From contig CAZWSP010000001.1 in the NCBI GenBank assembly GCA_964636585.1, positions 17,715-81,714 on the forward strand: a DNA stretch of 64,000 nucleotides. Reading direction: 5' to 3'. The notes beneath the pieces were generated by a model. That model was given only the letters and a program-made list of their open reading frames with translations. It had not been told where the DNA came from and made no database searches. The translations under genes were made by a program, and so were the position numbers. The DNA comes from an uncultured Antarcticibacterium sp. (GTDB lineage Bacteria > Bacteroidota > Bacteroidia > Flavobacteriales > Flavobacteriaceae). The stretch's first letter is position 1. Every line of letters starts with the position of its first letter. Below, one piece after another: positions 37,900 to 48,150 of this stretch.

Positions 37900-38826
37900 T
37901 TAGAATATAATAGGAATTAGAATTGGCATTAAGATAAGTCCAATTAAAAGGATCTCTTTAAAGGTTCTTTCTTTCCTGCCTTCAAAATAATTTGAAGCGA
38001 TTATAGAAAGCGGCACAAAGAAAAATAATAATTCACTTCCATTTTTAATGGGAGAAAAAATGGCCACCAAAATAGAGATAATCAAGGTGATAAAAACCAA
38101 CATATAGGTTGGTCTAGATCGAATTCCTGCCTTTTGAAAGATCTTAAAGTAGTAGGATAAGGTCCATAAAGCCAAAGTTATCAAGATGCTTAAAGGAATA
38201 AACAAGCGTGGATCGCGGTAATTTTCGAACTGAAAGGAACTTGCCTGAAACCAAGAATCTAAACTATAAAATGAATCGTTTACGAGAATATGAAAGGTTG
38301 CAACAAGGATAAAAACCACGAACATGGCTACAAATGGGATTAACCAATTTTTAAAATAATTAACCGCATGAAATAAGATTCCGCATAGAACTATTAAGAG
38401 AAAAAGGATGGACCAAAAGTAGAAAAGCGAAGCAATACAGATCCAAAATGTAGCATCGAAAATCTTTAGGGCAACGTCTTTTCTAGATTTTAAACTTATA
38501 ATTCGTCTTATGGAAAGTAGAACGCAGAGATTAGCTATAATCACTTGATTGTCCTTTAAAATTGCGGCAAATGAGACAGAACAAACCGCAAAGATCAAGA
38601 TCTTAAAGCCGCTTCTTTTGGTGAGTTCATTCTTTTTAGCAATAAAATCTAATATTAAGGCACTAACTAAAAAGCTTATAAAAATCCCCATTTTGGTAAG
38701 CAATGCATAAACTCCAAATTCCTGAACCAAGGGTTGTAAATTGGCCAAAACATAAAAAACAGCCATAAATAGAACGACTGTTATAAAAATTACTGGTTTA
38801 GATTTGCTAAAAAAGCTTGTTAGCAT
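37900..38826 (-). CDS. Polytopic membrane protein (DUF6427-like)
   Basis: About 9-10 TM segments; full-length ORF. Confidence 0.7.
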   Translation of the reverse strand: MLTSFFSKSKPVIFITVVLFMAVFYVLANLQPLVQEFGVYALLTKMGIFISFLVSALILDFIAKKNELTKRSGFKILIFAVCSVSFAAILKDNQVIIANLCVLLSIRRIISLKSRKDVALKIFDATFWICIASLFYFWSILFLLIVLCGILFHAVNYFKNWLIPFVAMFVVFILVATFHILVNDSFYSLDSWFQASSFQFENYRDPRLFIPLSILITLALWTLSYYFKIFQKAGIRSRPTYMLVFITLIISILVAIFSPIKNGSELLFFFVPLSIIASNYFEGRKERTFKEILLIGLILMPILIPIIF

Positions 38827-38871
38827 GTTGGTTTTTTATATTTTTGCATCATAATATAACAAAGTTATACA

Positions 38872-39102
38872 ATGAAAGATTTTTTTGAAGGAATCGCTTG
38901 GCTTTTTACAGAAATATTATTTATTCCTTATAACGCCTTAAGAGAATTACAAGACGAGTCTTGGGCTCTAGCCAATTTAATGAACTGGATCTTTATGATC
39001 ATTTGTGTTGCGGCTTTGGTTTATTGGATGTTACAATTGAAGAAATTCAATGATAACGACGAAGAGGACCGCGATCCTAAAGCTCATTCATTCTTAGGCT
39101 AG
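38872..39102 (+). CDS. Small conserved membrane protein (DUF6341-like)
   Basis: FFEGIAWLF...NWIF...YWMLQL...AHSFL; -7 box at 38839-38846. Confidence 0.72.
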   Translation: MKDFFEGIAWLFTEILFIPYNALRELQDESWALANLMNWIFMIICVAALVYWMLQLKKFNDNDEEDRDPKAHSFLG

Positions 39103-40368
39103 GTCAAAACCTAGATCTTTTCTATAATACATCTTATCAAAATGAAGTTTATCTACATTTTGATAAGATTTTTTTAATGCCTCTTGGTAGCTATTTCCAA
39201 ACGAAGTTACCGCCAATACTCTTCCTCCATTGGTCACCACTTTTCCATCTTTTTCTGAAGTCCCCGCGTGAAACACTAAAGAATCTTCAATATTCTCCAA
39301 TCCGCTAATCTCCATTCCTTTCTCGTAAGCTTCAGGATATCCACCAGAAACCAACATAACAGTAACGGCAGTTTCAGGAGAAATTGTTAAGCTAACCTCA
39401 TTTAATTTTTGGTCTTTTAAAGAAGTAAACAATTCTAACAGATCGCTTTCTATTCTTGGTAGCACTACTTCGGTTTCAGGATCTCCCATTCTTACGTTAT
39501 ACTCTATCACATAAGGCTCGTCTCCAACCTTTATCAAGCCAATAAACACAAAACCTTTGTAATCTATCTCTTCTTTTTGAAGTCCATCAATTGTAGGTTT
39601 TACAATACGCTCTTCAATCTTGTTCATTAAAACCTCATCTACAAAAGGAACCGGAGAGATCGCTCCCATTCCGCCGGTGTTTAATCCTGTATTTCCTTCG
39701 CCTATTCTCTTGTAATCTTTAGCGGTTGGTAAGATCTTATAATTCTTCCCGTCGGTAAGGACGAACACGCTTAATTCTATTCCGTCCAAGAATTCTTCTA
39801 TAACCACCTTTTCACCGGCATTACCGAACTTGCTATCTATTAACATGTGTTGCAATTCCATTTTAGCTTCTTCAAGATCTTCCAAAATAAGCACTCCTTT
39901 CCCTGCCGCTAATCCATCTGCTTTTAAAACATATGGCGATTTTAGCGTTTCAAGAAATGATTTTCCAGCTTCCAGACTTTCTGCCGTAAAACTTTGATAG
40001 GCTGCCGTTGGAATAGTATGCATTGCCATAAATTCTTTTGCACGCTCCTTACTACCTTCTAATAAAGCACCTCTTTTAGAAGGACCTACTACATGAATAG
40101 CTTTTAGATCTGGATCGTTACTAAAGAAATCTGAAATCCCCAAAACCAAAGGATCTTCAGGACCTACCACAAGCATTTCTATATTTTCTTTAAGAACAAA
40201 GTCTTTGATTGCATCAAAATTAGTTACCTTCAAATCCACATTAGTGGCAATGTTAGCAGTCCCAGCATTACCAGGTGCAACAAAAAGTTGGTCGCATTTT
40301 TTGCTCTCTAAAATTTTTACAGCAAATGCATGTTCCCGGCCACCGGCACCTAATATCAAAATATTCAT
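39094..40368 (-). CDS. purD: Phosphoribosylamine--glycine ligase
   Basis: GAGGREHA, KADGLAAGKGV, NTGGMGA, EYNVRMGDPE. Confidence 0.97.
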   Translation of the reverse strand: MNILILGAGGREHAFAVKILESKKCDQLFVAPGNAGTANIATNVDLKVTNFDAIKDFVLKENIEMLVVGPEDPLVLGISDFFSNDPDLKAIHVVGPSKRGALLEGSKERAKEFMAMHTIPTAAYQSFTAESLEAGKSFLETLKSPYVLKADGLAAGKGVLILEDLEEAKMELQHMLIDSKFGNAGEKVVIEEFLDGIELSVFVLTDGKNYKILPTAKDYKRIGEGNTGLNTGGMGAISPVPFVDEVLMNKIEERIVKPTIDGLQKEEIDYKGFVFIGLIKVGDEPYVIEYNVRMGDPETEVVLPRIESDLLELFTSLKDQKLNEVSLTISPETAVTVMLVSGGYPEAYEKGMEISGLENIEDSLVFHAGTSEKDGKVVTNGGRVLAVTSFGNSYQEALKKSYQNVDKLHFDKMYYRKDLGFDLA

Positions 40369-40458
40369 GTGGAAGTCTTTTTAAGTTCTTGCGCCAAAAA
40401 TAATTGTTTGTAAATTGAAGCACTAATATTTTCGAATAAAATAAAGCAACTCTAGCCT

Positions 40459-41766
40459 TTGAACTGGTTTAAAATCTCTCTTCAGCTTAATAAATTCCCT
40501 ATAAACAGGGCCCAAAAATTAGTGCGGGAAATTCAAGACATTCCGGAGGAAGAGTTTGAAGATTATGTGCAAAATAGAAGGCGTGCAATTGTAAATTATC
40601 ATTTAGCCAATAATGCCTATTACAAGAAATTTTTTGGAGAAAAAGAGTTTTTAGATTGGGAAGAAGTTCCTGTTATGCAGAAATCTGACCTGCAAAGGCC
40701 TTTAAAAGAAAGGCTTAGTAAAGGATATACTAAAAAGAACGCTTACGTAGGTAAAACTTCGGGTTCGAGCGGTCATCCTTTCATTTTTGCGAAAGACCGG
40801 TTTTGTCATGCCGTTACTTGGGCCGAATTTATTGATCGATATAAATGGATAAACATCAACCTCAACAAATCGCTTCAAGCTAGGTTTTACGGGATTCCCT
40901 TGGATTTCTACGGAAATTTAACCGAACGTTTTAAAGATCAGGTAAGCTTACGCCGAAGGTTTAATGTATTCGATCTTAGCGAGAAAAAGATGGAAGAATT
41001 CTTGATTCGTTTTGAGAAATCTGAATTCGATTACATAAACGGATACACCAGTGCTATTTTACTTTTCGCCAAGTTCTTAAAGAAGCGAAAGATTGTGCTG
41101 AAGCAAACCTGTCCATCTTTAAAAGTGTGCATAGTCACTTCAGAAAAATTATTCGAGAATGATAAATTATTGATCGAAGAAGCCTTCGGAATTCCTGTGG
41201 TGAACGAATATGGCGCCAGTGAAGTTGGCCTTATCGCCTTCGAAAATACCAACGGAGATTGGATAGTCAATGCCGAAAGTTTACTTATTGAGATCTTAGA
41301 CGAAAACAATCATAGTCTTCCTTTGGGAGAAGAAGGAAGAATTGTGATCACGTCCCTTTACAATAAGGCTCATCCAATGATTCGATACGACATTGGCGAT
41401 ACCGGTACTCTGGCAAAGAACAGTACACATAAACATCCCATCCTTTTAAATCTTACCGGAAGAACTAATGATGTGGCCAGACTGGCAAATGGAAAAGTAG
41501 TGCCTGGACTAACGTTTTATTATGTTACCAAATCTATTATAGAAGATGCTGGAAGTATAAAGGAATTTCTAATCGTGCAAACAGCGTTAGATAAGTTTAA
41601 AATTGAATATGTGAGCGAACATGAGTTTACCGAAGTTCAGGTTAAGAAAATACTTACTGCTATTGAAACTTTTGTGGGCAAGAATTTACATGTAGAATTT
41701 GAAAAAATGCCGATTTTAAAAAGGAATAAAAGTGGAAAACTGAAGCAGTTCACTTCAATTATCTAA
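40459..41766 (+). CDS. Phenylacetate-CoA-ligase-like adenylate-forming enzyme (CapK-like)
   Basis: TSGSSG, YGASEVG, IRYDIGD, GRTND, SGKLK. Confidence 0.82.
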   Translation: MNWFKISLQLNKFPINRAQKLVREIQDIPEEEFEDYVQNRRRAIVNYHLANNAYYKKFFGEKEFLDWEEVPVMQKSDLQRPLKERLSKGYTKKNAYVGKTSGSSGHPFIFAKDRFCHAVTWAEFIDRYKWININLNKSLQARFYGIPLDFYGNLTERFKDQVSLRRRFNVFDLSEKKMEEFLIRFEKSEFDYINGYTSAILLFAKFLKKRKIVLKQTCPSLKVCIVTSEKLFENDKLLIEEAFGIPVVNEYGASEVGLIAFENTNGDWIVNAESLLIEILDENNHSLPLGEEGRIVITSLYNKAHPMIRYDIGDTGTLAKNSTHKHPILLNLTGRTNDVARLANGKVVPGLTFYYVTKSIIEDAGSIKEFLIVQTALDKFKIEYVSEHEFTEVQVKKILTAIETFVGKNLHVEFEKMPILKRNKSGKLKQFTSII

Positions 41767-42534
41767 CTTTTTTACCTGCTTGTTCTTCACAAAAAAATGC
41801 TCTTTCAAAAAAACGCTCATTTTCATCAAACTTTTGAATCTGCTATATTTCAAGAATTCGCTATAGATCAAATAGTTATATTTTAAAAGAGCCGTTTTAT
41901 TTTTAGAAATAGAATTTTCCCTGATTCTGTAATTTGCTAGGGATTTTTCGATCCCTTTTGTTGAACCTATCTTAGACAAGATAGTTAACCATAAAGCCCA
42001 ATCTTGCCTTTTTCTAAGTTCCGGACAATAGATTTTTCCTAATTTTTCAACATTATAGATTCCGGTTAGATTTCCCACATAATTAGAACGAAGTAGTTTT
42101 TGATAGGTAAGAACAGGAAGTGCTTTTACTTTTTTTTGAAGCAAAATGCCAGCTTCATCCATCAAATTATAACTGGAAAAGGTCATTTCCAAATCGTGTT
42201 TCCACATAAATGCTAACTGAACATCCAATTTCTCCGGCAACCACACATCATCTGCGTCTAGAAAGGCTATAAAAGCGCCCTTAGCTTCTTTTATCCCTTT
42301 GTTTCTTGTAATTCCCGCTCCTTGATTTGAAGCGTTCTTAAAAAGCTTTATTCGCGGGTTGTTTTTGCTGAAAGATTCAACAATTAATATAGTTTCATCT
42401 GCTGAAGCATCATCTATTACCAGAAGCTCCCAATTTAGATATGATTGTTGTATTACCGAGTGGATAGCTTCAGAAATAAAAGCCGCCGAGTTGTATGCGG
42501 GCATAATTACCGAAACTAATGGCGATTGCTCCAT
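41755..42534 (-). CDS. Glycosyltransferase family 2 (TuaG-like)
   Basis: VSVIMPAYN, IDDAS, FLDADD, RQDWALW. Confidence 0.9.
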   Translation of the reverse strand: MEQSPLVSVIMPAYNSAAFISEAIHSVIQQSYLNWELLVIDDASADETILIVESFSKNNPRIKLFKNASNQGAGITRNKGIKEAKGAFIAFLDADDVWLPEKLDVQLAFMWKHDLEMTFSSYNLMDEAGILLQKKVKALPVLTYQKLLRSNYVGNLTGIYNVEKLGKIYCPELRKRQDWALWLTILSKIGSTKGIEKSLANYRIRENSISKNKTALLKYNYLIYSEFLKYSRFKSLMKMSVFLKEHFFVKNKQVKKLDN

Positions 42535-42544
42535 AAAATATTAT

Positions 42545-43534
42545 TTAGCGCCTAATGTGCTTTGCAAAATCTTTATGCTCGCTTTTAAATAATTCTTCCT
42601 GAGTAAGATTTTTAAAATAATTGTAGGTGATTTCCATCCCTTCTTCTCTAGAAACTTTTGGCTCCCAACCTAATATTTCTCTGGCTCGGGTAATGTCTGG
42701 TTGCCTCTGCATAGGATCGTCTGCTGGTAATGGTTCACAAATTATTTTTTGTTCGGAATTGGTAAGCTTTATTATTTCGTCTGCAAATTCGCGAATAGTG
42801 ATCTCATCTGGATTTCCAATATTCACAGGATCTGAATAATCACTTAAAAGCAATCTGTAAATACCTTCCACCTGATCGTCTACATAACAAAAAGATCTGG
42901 TTTGAGAACCATCTCCAAAAACAGTTAGATCTTCCCCACGCAAGGCTTGACCAATAAATGCAGGAATTACACGGCCATCATTTAATCGCATTCTTGGACC
43001 ATAGGTATTAAAAATTCTGGCAATTCTAGTTTCTAATCCGTGAAAACGGTGATAAGCCATGGTTATAGATTCCTGAAATCGCTTAGCTTCATCATACACT
43101 CCGCGGGGACCAATAGAATTTACGTTTCCGTAATAATCTTCTGTTTGCGGATGCACCAACGGGTCTCCATAAATTTCTGAAGTAGAAGCGATAAGTATTC
43201 TAGCATTCTTTTCCTTGGCTAATCCCAATAGGTGTAAAACCCCAACAGATCCAACTTTTAAGGTTTGAATTGGAATTTTTAAATAATCTATAGGGCTTGC
43301 TGGGGAAGCAAAATGCAGGATATAATCCAGTTTTCCGGCAACATGCACATATTTGGTAATATCATGATGATAGAATTCGAAAGACTCCATTTTTAAGAGG
43401 TGCTCGATATTCTTCATGTCACCCGTTATCAGGTTATCCATCCCGATCACTTGGTAACCTTCTTTTACAAATCTATCGCACAAATGAGAACCTAAAAATC
43501 CGGCTGCTCCTGTAATTAATATCCTTTTAGACAT
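42545..43534 (-). CDS. UDP-glucuronate decarboxylase (UDP-xylose synthase)
   Basis: [41 protein letters not shown]. Confidence 0.9.
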   Translation of the reverse strand: MSKRILITGAAGFLGSHLCDRFVKEGYQVIGMDNLITGDMKNIEHLLKMESFEFYHHDITKYVHVAGKLDYILHFASPASPIDYLKIPIQTLKVGSVGVLHLLGLAKEKNARILIASTSEIYGDPLVHPQTEDYYGNVNSIGPRGVYDEAKRFQESITMAYHRFHGLETRIARIFNTYGPRMRLNDGRVIPAFIGQALRGEDLTVFGDGSQTRSFCYVDDQVEGIYRLLLSDYSDPVNIGNPDEITIREFADEIIKLTNSEQKIICEPLPADDPMQRQPDITRAREILGWEPKVSREEGMEITYNYFKNLTQEELFKSEHKDFAKHIRR

Positions 43535-43551
43535 TTAAAATATTTCTCTAA

Positions 43552-44406
43552 TTATAAATTGTTATTGTGTAATTCTAATAAAGCATCTTGCCAAGAGGAA
43601 ACTTCAATCTCGAAATTCGATTTCAATTTGGTTTTATCCAGAACGCTATATTCTGGTCTGGCGGCTATGGTTTTATAGGAATTATCTTCATTTAACACTA
43701 CCTCATCGCTATTCCCTGAAACTTTTAATATCTCCTTCGCAAATTCGTACCAGCTGGTTTCTCCAGCATTGCTGAAGTGATATAAACCATATCGATCACT
43801 TTCTTCTTGAATTATCTTTACCAAAAGTTCAGCAAGATGGTTTGCATTGGTAGGTGTGCCTTTTTGCGATGTGGTAATATTTAAAGTTGCTCCTTCGGAA
43901 GCCTTATTTAATATGGTTTTGTAAAAGTTATGTCCATATTCTGAATATAACCAAGACGTACGAAATATAAAATAGTAGCCAATAATATCCTTGATATACT
44001 GTTCTCCCTTAAGTTTGGAAGCACCATACACATTTATTGGATTTGTGGCATCATCCTCTTTGTATTTATTGTCGGTAGTTCCATCAAACACATAATCTGT
44101 AGAAATATGGATTAAAATGGTTTTATGAGCTTTACAAATTTCAGCTAAATTCTTAACCGCTTCAGCATTAATGTTGAACGCTTGTTCTTTTTCAGATTCA
44201 GCCTTTTCAACATTGGTATAAGCAGCGCAATTAATACAATAATCTATTTGTTTACTGCCAAAACACATGCTTATATCGCACTTAGAAGTAATGTCGATTT
44301 CTGAAGAGTTCATAAATAACCAGTCTATAGAATGATCATTTAAGGCAATTTTTTGCAGGCACTTGCCTAATTGTCCGGACGCTCCAGTAACCAAAACTGT
44401 TTTCAT
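43552..44406 (-). CDS. rfbD: dTDP-4-dehydrorhamnose reductase
   Basis: GASGQLG, AAYTNVEKAE, ISTDYVFDG, YGASKL.GE. Confidence 0.93.
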   Translation of the reverse strand: MKTVLVTGASGQLGKCLQKIALNDHSIDWLFMNSSEIDITSKCDISMCFGSKQIDYCINCAAYTNVEKAESEKEQAFNINAEAVKNLAEICKAHKTILIHISTDYVFDGTTDNKYKEDDATNPINVYGASKLKGEQYIKDIIGYYFIFRTSWLYSEYGHNFYKTILNKASEGATLNITTSQKGTPTNANHLAELLVKIIQEESDRYGLYHFSNAGETSWYEFAKEILKVSGNSDEVVLNEDNSYKTIAARPEYSVLDKTKLKSNFEIEVSSWQDALLELHNNNL

Positions 44407-44948
44407 GGGAATAACTCTTTGAGTGTCGGTAATTTAGTGTCTTTTTCTGATAGAATTAAGTCCATCTCAGGAAAATTCCAATCTATATTAAGATCTAGGT
44501 CATTATAGATCACTCCAGATTCTGAACCTGGATAATAAAACCGATCACATTTATAAGAAAAAACAGAGATTTCAGATAAGGTTATAAACCCGTGAGCAAA
44601 ACCTTGTGGGATAAATAATTGCTTCAAATTTTTATCTGAAAGCAGCACTTTGTGAACTTTTTTAAAGGTTGGAGATTCTGGTCTTAGATCTACAATTACA
44701 TCCAAAACCTCACCATATATAACACGAACCAGTTTAGCCTGTGCAAAATCTCCAGATTGAAAGTGCAAACCTCTTAAAACACCCTTTTTAGAAACCGACT
44801 GATTATCCTGAACAAATTCAATATCTAAACCTGTTGCTTCATTAAATTTTTTCTTGTGAAAACTTTCCAAGAAGAATCCACGCTCATCTGGATACGATTC
44901 CGGAGTTATTAAAAAACTATCTTTTAAAGGGGTTTCTTCGAATTTCAT
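44403..44948 (-). CDS. rfbC: dTDP-4-dehydrorhamnose 3,5-epimerase
   Basis: DERGFF.E, QDNQS.S..GVLRGLHFQ, GFAHGF. Confidence 0.95.
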   Translation of the reverse strand: MKFEETPLKDSFLITPESYPDERGFFLESFHKKKFNEATGLDIEFVQDNQSVSKKGVLRGLHFQSGDFAQAKLVRVIYGEVLDVIVDLRPESPTFKKVHKVLLSDKNLKQLFIPQGFAHGFITLSEISVFSYKCDRFYYPGSESGVIYNDLDLNIDWNFPEMDLILSEKDTKLPTLKELFP

Positions 44949-44954
44949 TACTAT

Positions 44955-46640
44955 CTAAGAATTAAAGATCTGTTCAAGGATCTTCTCTGTAATTAAATAT
45001 GTTGGTTTTACTCCTGTTGTTCCCAATCCTCCTGAAGCTAATGTGCTTCCAGTTTCTAGTGGGTTATCTGAAGCATAATAGGCATAACGTACTTTTACAT
45101 CTTCTTTAATATTTCCTCTTAATCTAGAAGCCGATTGTATTGCTTTTTGATAATGCACACCTTCCATTTCCAGTCCAACAACATTCCAAGTAGATTCCTG
45201 AAAGAATTTTAAAATATCTCTGTTCTGAAGCGAAGTTCCAAGTACCGTGATCATAGATCCATCAACAACCTTAATTCCATTTCCTTCTAGATCTTCTTTT
45301 TTAAGTTCGTTAGAAAAAGGATAGTTATCTGCAGTTCCTTCAAATAAATGAGCGGAAGGGATCATTATATCGCCTTTTCCACCATCCAAAATTCCAGCTT
45401 TCCCCATGATAGAAACCGAATCTACATTCAAATGAATGTCCTCCTCATTATATCTATATGGCTTCAGTAATTCATCCATAGTTTCATAGGCTTGTTCCCC
45501 AAAAGCGTAATCCATTACCACAATAACGGGCATTTGATTTTCAGACTTATCACTAAAATTCGGACTTCTAAACCCATCTTTTATCTTAGCAGTATCAAAA
45601 ACCTGAACATCAATATTGGTTCCGCTGGTATCTTCAATAAATTTCATTCCGTTTTCTAAAGCAATTTTCATCACTTTGTTCCGAAGTTGTCCATTTCCGC
45701 TATTACTAAGCTCTTCATAGATCTGCATTGCTTTCTTTTCTTTAAGCTCATCCTGCAAAGCAATAGGCGTGAATAGTGTATTCATAACACTATGCATGTT
45801 CGCACTAATTATATGAATTGGCCTGTACATCAGGTTATTTTCAACCAAATATTGCTTGATAGAATCTGCCCAGATCTCCCCATGAATGTGGTGACCCAAA
45901 CGCTCTCTAAGCACCGGACTAAAAGTAACAATGCGCTTATTATTGTTTATGGTTTCGTCTATCGCTAGTTTTCCTAAGAAATAAATGATCTCCAAAAAAC
46001 GCTCTTCATTTTCCGGTATCATAAATTTAGGATACATCGTAGTAACCTCTTTAAAGGTTCTTCCTAATATATTTGCGGTATGAGTAAGTGCTATTTCACG
46101 CTCATTCTGAGTTAGGTTAGGTTTTAAAACCGCAGCCTCCAACTTCATCCAGTCTCTGGTAACGCTACCTTCTTCATCTATAATCACACGACGCATAATT
46201 TTGTGAGATTCAATAAAAAGGAAAGTAAGGTGTGTTAAAATATCATAGATCTCCGAACGGCCACGAGTAACCTCAATATTCATTTGCTCTTCATCAATTC
46301 GGTAACAATTTCTTCTTCTTTTTGGAGGAACAATCGGTTTAAAGTGAGAATTTGCATAACCTTCATCACTGGTAAGGTTTATAAATCTGCACTGCTCTAT
46401 TCCAACCGGTAAACGTTCTATCACATACAATAATCCATCAAGTTCTACCTTATCTTCAGCAATAGTCCCGTAGATCTCCGGTCTAAGCGTTAAAAGAGAT
46501 TCTCTCAAAGTTTCTCCAGAAACACCCATCGGCTTATAAAACCCGCGATTAAATAAATGTCGCATCGTAATATACATACGCTCTATTGCATTGGTACTCT
46601 CTTGTGCACGGGTTCTCCCCATCAAATTTATATTCACCAT
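44955..46640 (-). CDS. Conserved uncharacterised protein (DUF6909-like) with C-terminal nucleoside phosphorylase/AMP nucleosidase-like motifs
   Basis: MGKAGIL...GDIMIPSAHLFEGT..NYP, GLEMEG, YASDNPL. Start set to ATG 46640. Confidence 0.7.
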   Translation of the reverse strand: MVNINLMGRTRAQESTNAIERMYITMRHLFNRGFYKPMGVSGETLRESLLTLRPEIYGTIAEDKVELDGLLYVIERLPVGIEQCRFINLTSDEGYANSHFKPIVPPKRRRNCYRIDEEQMNIEVTRGRSEIYDILTHLTFLFIESHKIMRRVIIDEEGSVTRDWMKLEAAVLKPNLTQNEREIALTHTANILGRTFKEVTTMYPKFMIPENEERFLEIIYFLGKLAIDETINNNKRIVTFSPVLRERLGHHIHGEIWADSIKQYLVENNLMYRPIHIISANMHSVMNTLFTPIALQDELKEKKAMQIYEELSNSGNGQLRNKVMKIALENGMKFIEDTSGTNIDVQVFDTAKIKDGFRSPNFSDKSENQMPVIVVMDYAFGEQAYETMDELLKPYRYNEEDIHLNVDSVSIMGKAGILDGGKGDIMIPSAHLFEGTADNYPFSNELKKEDLEGNGIKVVDGSMITVLGTSLQNRDILKFFQESTWNVVGLEMEGVHYQKAIQSASRLRGNIKEDVKVRYAYYASDNPLETGSTLASGGLGTTGVKPTYLITEKILEQIFNS

Positions 46641-46653
46641 TTTTTGTTTCGCT

Positions 46654-48144
46654 TTATAATTTTTCCAAGAATTCTGCAATCTTACGATCGTTAGCTAATC
46701 TTGGTAATTTATTTTGACCTCCCAATTTTCCTATAGATTTCATGTATTGCTGAAATCCGTTCTCGGGAATTTTATTAATTTTTAACTGCTGAAGAATTTT
46801 ACCATCTATAAGATCTAGATAGTAAGAATTCTGTTTTTGCATGGATTTATCCAGTATTTCAGAAAACTGCTGAAGGTTTTCCGGTTCCTTTTCAAATTCT
46901 ACAAACCATTCGTGATATGGCAACTGTTCTCCTTCGGGAGTGATTTGCGGCGCTACCGTAAACTCAGTAATTCTGCTATTGGTTTTATTGGTCGCTTCCT
47001 GCATAGCTTCTTCCACTTCCTTTGCAATTACATGTTCTCCAAAGGCTGAAATAAAATGCTTGATCCTCCCTGAAACTATTATTTTAAAAGGTTTTAATGA
47101 AGTAAACTGAATGGTATCTCCCAAATTATAGGCCCAGAGCCCTGCACTGGAAGAAATGATCATCACATAATTCACACCAACCTCAACTTGACTAATGGTT
47201 AGCCTTTCTGGGGATTCATTATAAAATTCTTCAGATCTTATAAATTCATAAAAGATCCCGGAATTAAGCTGAAGCAACATTCCTTTATCTCCTTGGGTAT
47301 CTTGAAATGCAAAAAAACCTTCAGAAGCAGGATATAGTTCAATACTATCTACTTTTCTTCCAATTAAGTTTTCAAATTTAGCCCGATAAGGTTCATAATT
47401 TACGCCTCCATAGATGAAAAGGTTAAAATTTTTGAAGAGATCTCCAACTTTCTTCCCTGTGGTAGCTTGTAATTTTTCAAAATACATTTGCACCCAAGAA
47501 GGAATACCACTTATAACGGTCATATCCTCTCCTTTTGTTTCCTCAACAATCGTGTTCACTTTAGTTTCCCAGTCTTCAATACAATTAGCTTCCCAACTAG
47601 GCATTCTGTTCCTTTGTAGATACGCTGGAACAAAATGTGCCACAATACCAGATAATCTCCCGAGTTTTACCCCATTTTTTTCTGTTAACTCAGGGCTACC
47701 CTGCAAAAAGATCATTTTTCCATCTACAAATCTAGAATTCCCAGTTTCGGCTATATAACATAAAATAGCATTTCTAGCAGCTTCAATATGCGTTGGCATA
47801 GATTCTTTTGTAAGCGGAATGTACTTTGCTCCACTTGTAGTTCCTGAAGTTTTCGCATAATAAAGCGGTTTTCCAGGCCACAAAATATTTGGTTCTCCAG
47901 CTACCATCTTATCCACATAAAGCTTCAACTCTTCATAATCCCTAACAGGAACTTTTCTAGCAAAATCTCTATAAGTATGAATATTTTTAAAATCATGATC
48001 TACTCCAAACTGAGTATTTTCCGCAGATCGTAGAAGTTTTTTAAAAACTTTTTGCTGTGTAACTTCTGGATTAGAAGCCCATTTATTAATTTTTTTGCGA
48101 ATGTTGTTAGCAAAGATCTTTGCTGCAAAGGATTTTATAGACAT
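46654..48144 (-). CDS. GH3-family acyl-acid amido synthetase
   Basis: AKTSGTTSG.KYIP, YPASEGFF, AGLWAY.LGD, GGQNKLPRL. Confidence 0.88.
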   Translation of the reverse strand: MSIKSFAAKIFANNIRKKINKWASNPEVTQQKVFKKLLRSAENTQFGVDHDFKNIHTYRDFARKVPVRDYEELKLYVDKMVAGEPNILWPGKPLYYAKTSGTTSGAKYIPLTKESMPTHIEAARNAILCYIAETGNSRFVDGKMIFLQGSPELTEKNGVKLGRLSGIVAHFVPAYLQRNRMPSWEANCIEDWETKVNTIVEETKGEDMTVISGIPSWVQMYFEKLQATTGKKVGDLFKNFNLFIYGGVNYEPYRAKFENLIGRKVDSIELYPASEGFFAFQDTQGDKGMLLQLNSGIFYEFIRSEEFYNESPERLTISQVEVGVNYVMIISSSAGLWAYNLGDTIQFTSLKPFKIIVSGRIKHFISAFGEHVIAKEVEEAMQEATNKTNSRITEFTVAPQITPEGEQLPYHEWFVEFEKEPENLQQFSEILDKSMQKQNSYYLDLIDGKILQQLKINKIPENGFQQYMKSIGKLGGQNKLPRLANDRKIAEFLEKL

Positions 48145-48150
48145 AGAAAC

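Noticed and set aside
47909-47917. Perfect DnaA box TTATCCACA
   Set aside because: A single copy inside the GH3 coding sequence, not clustered.
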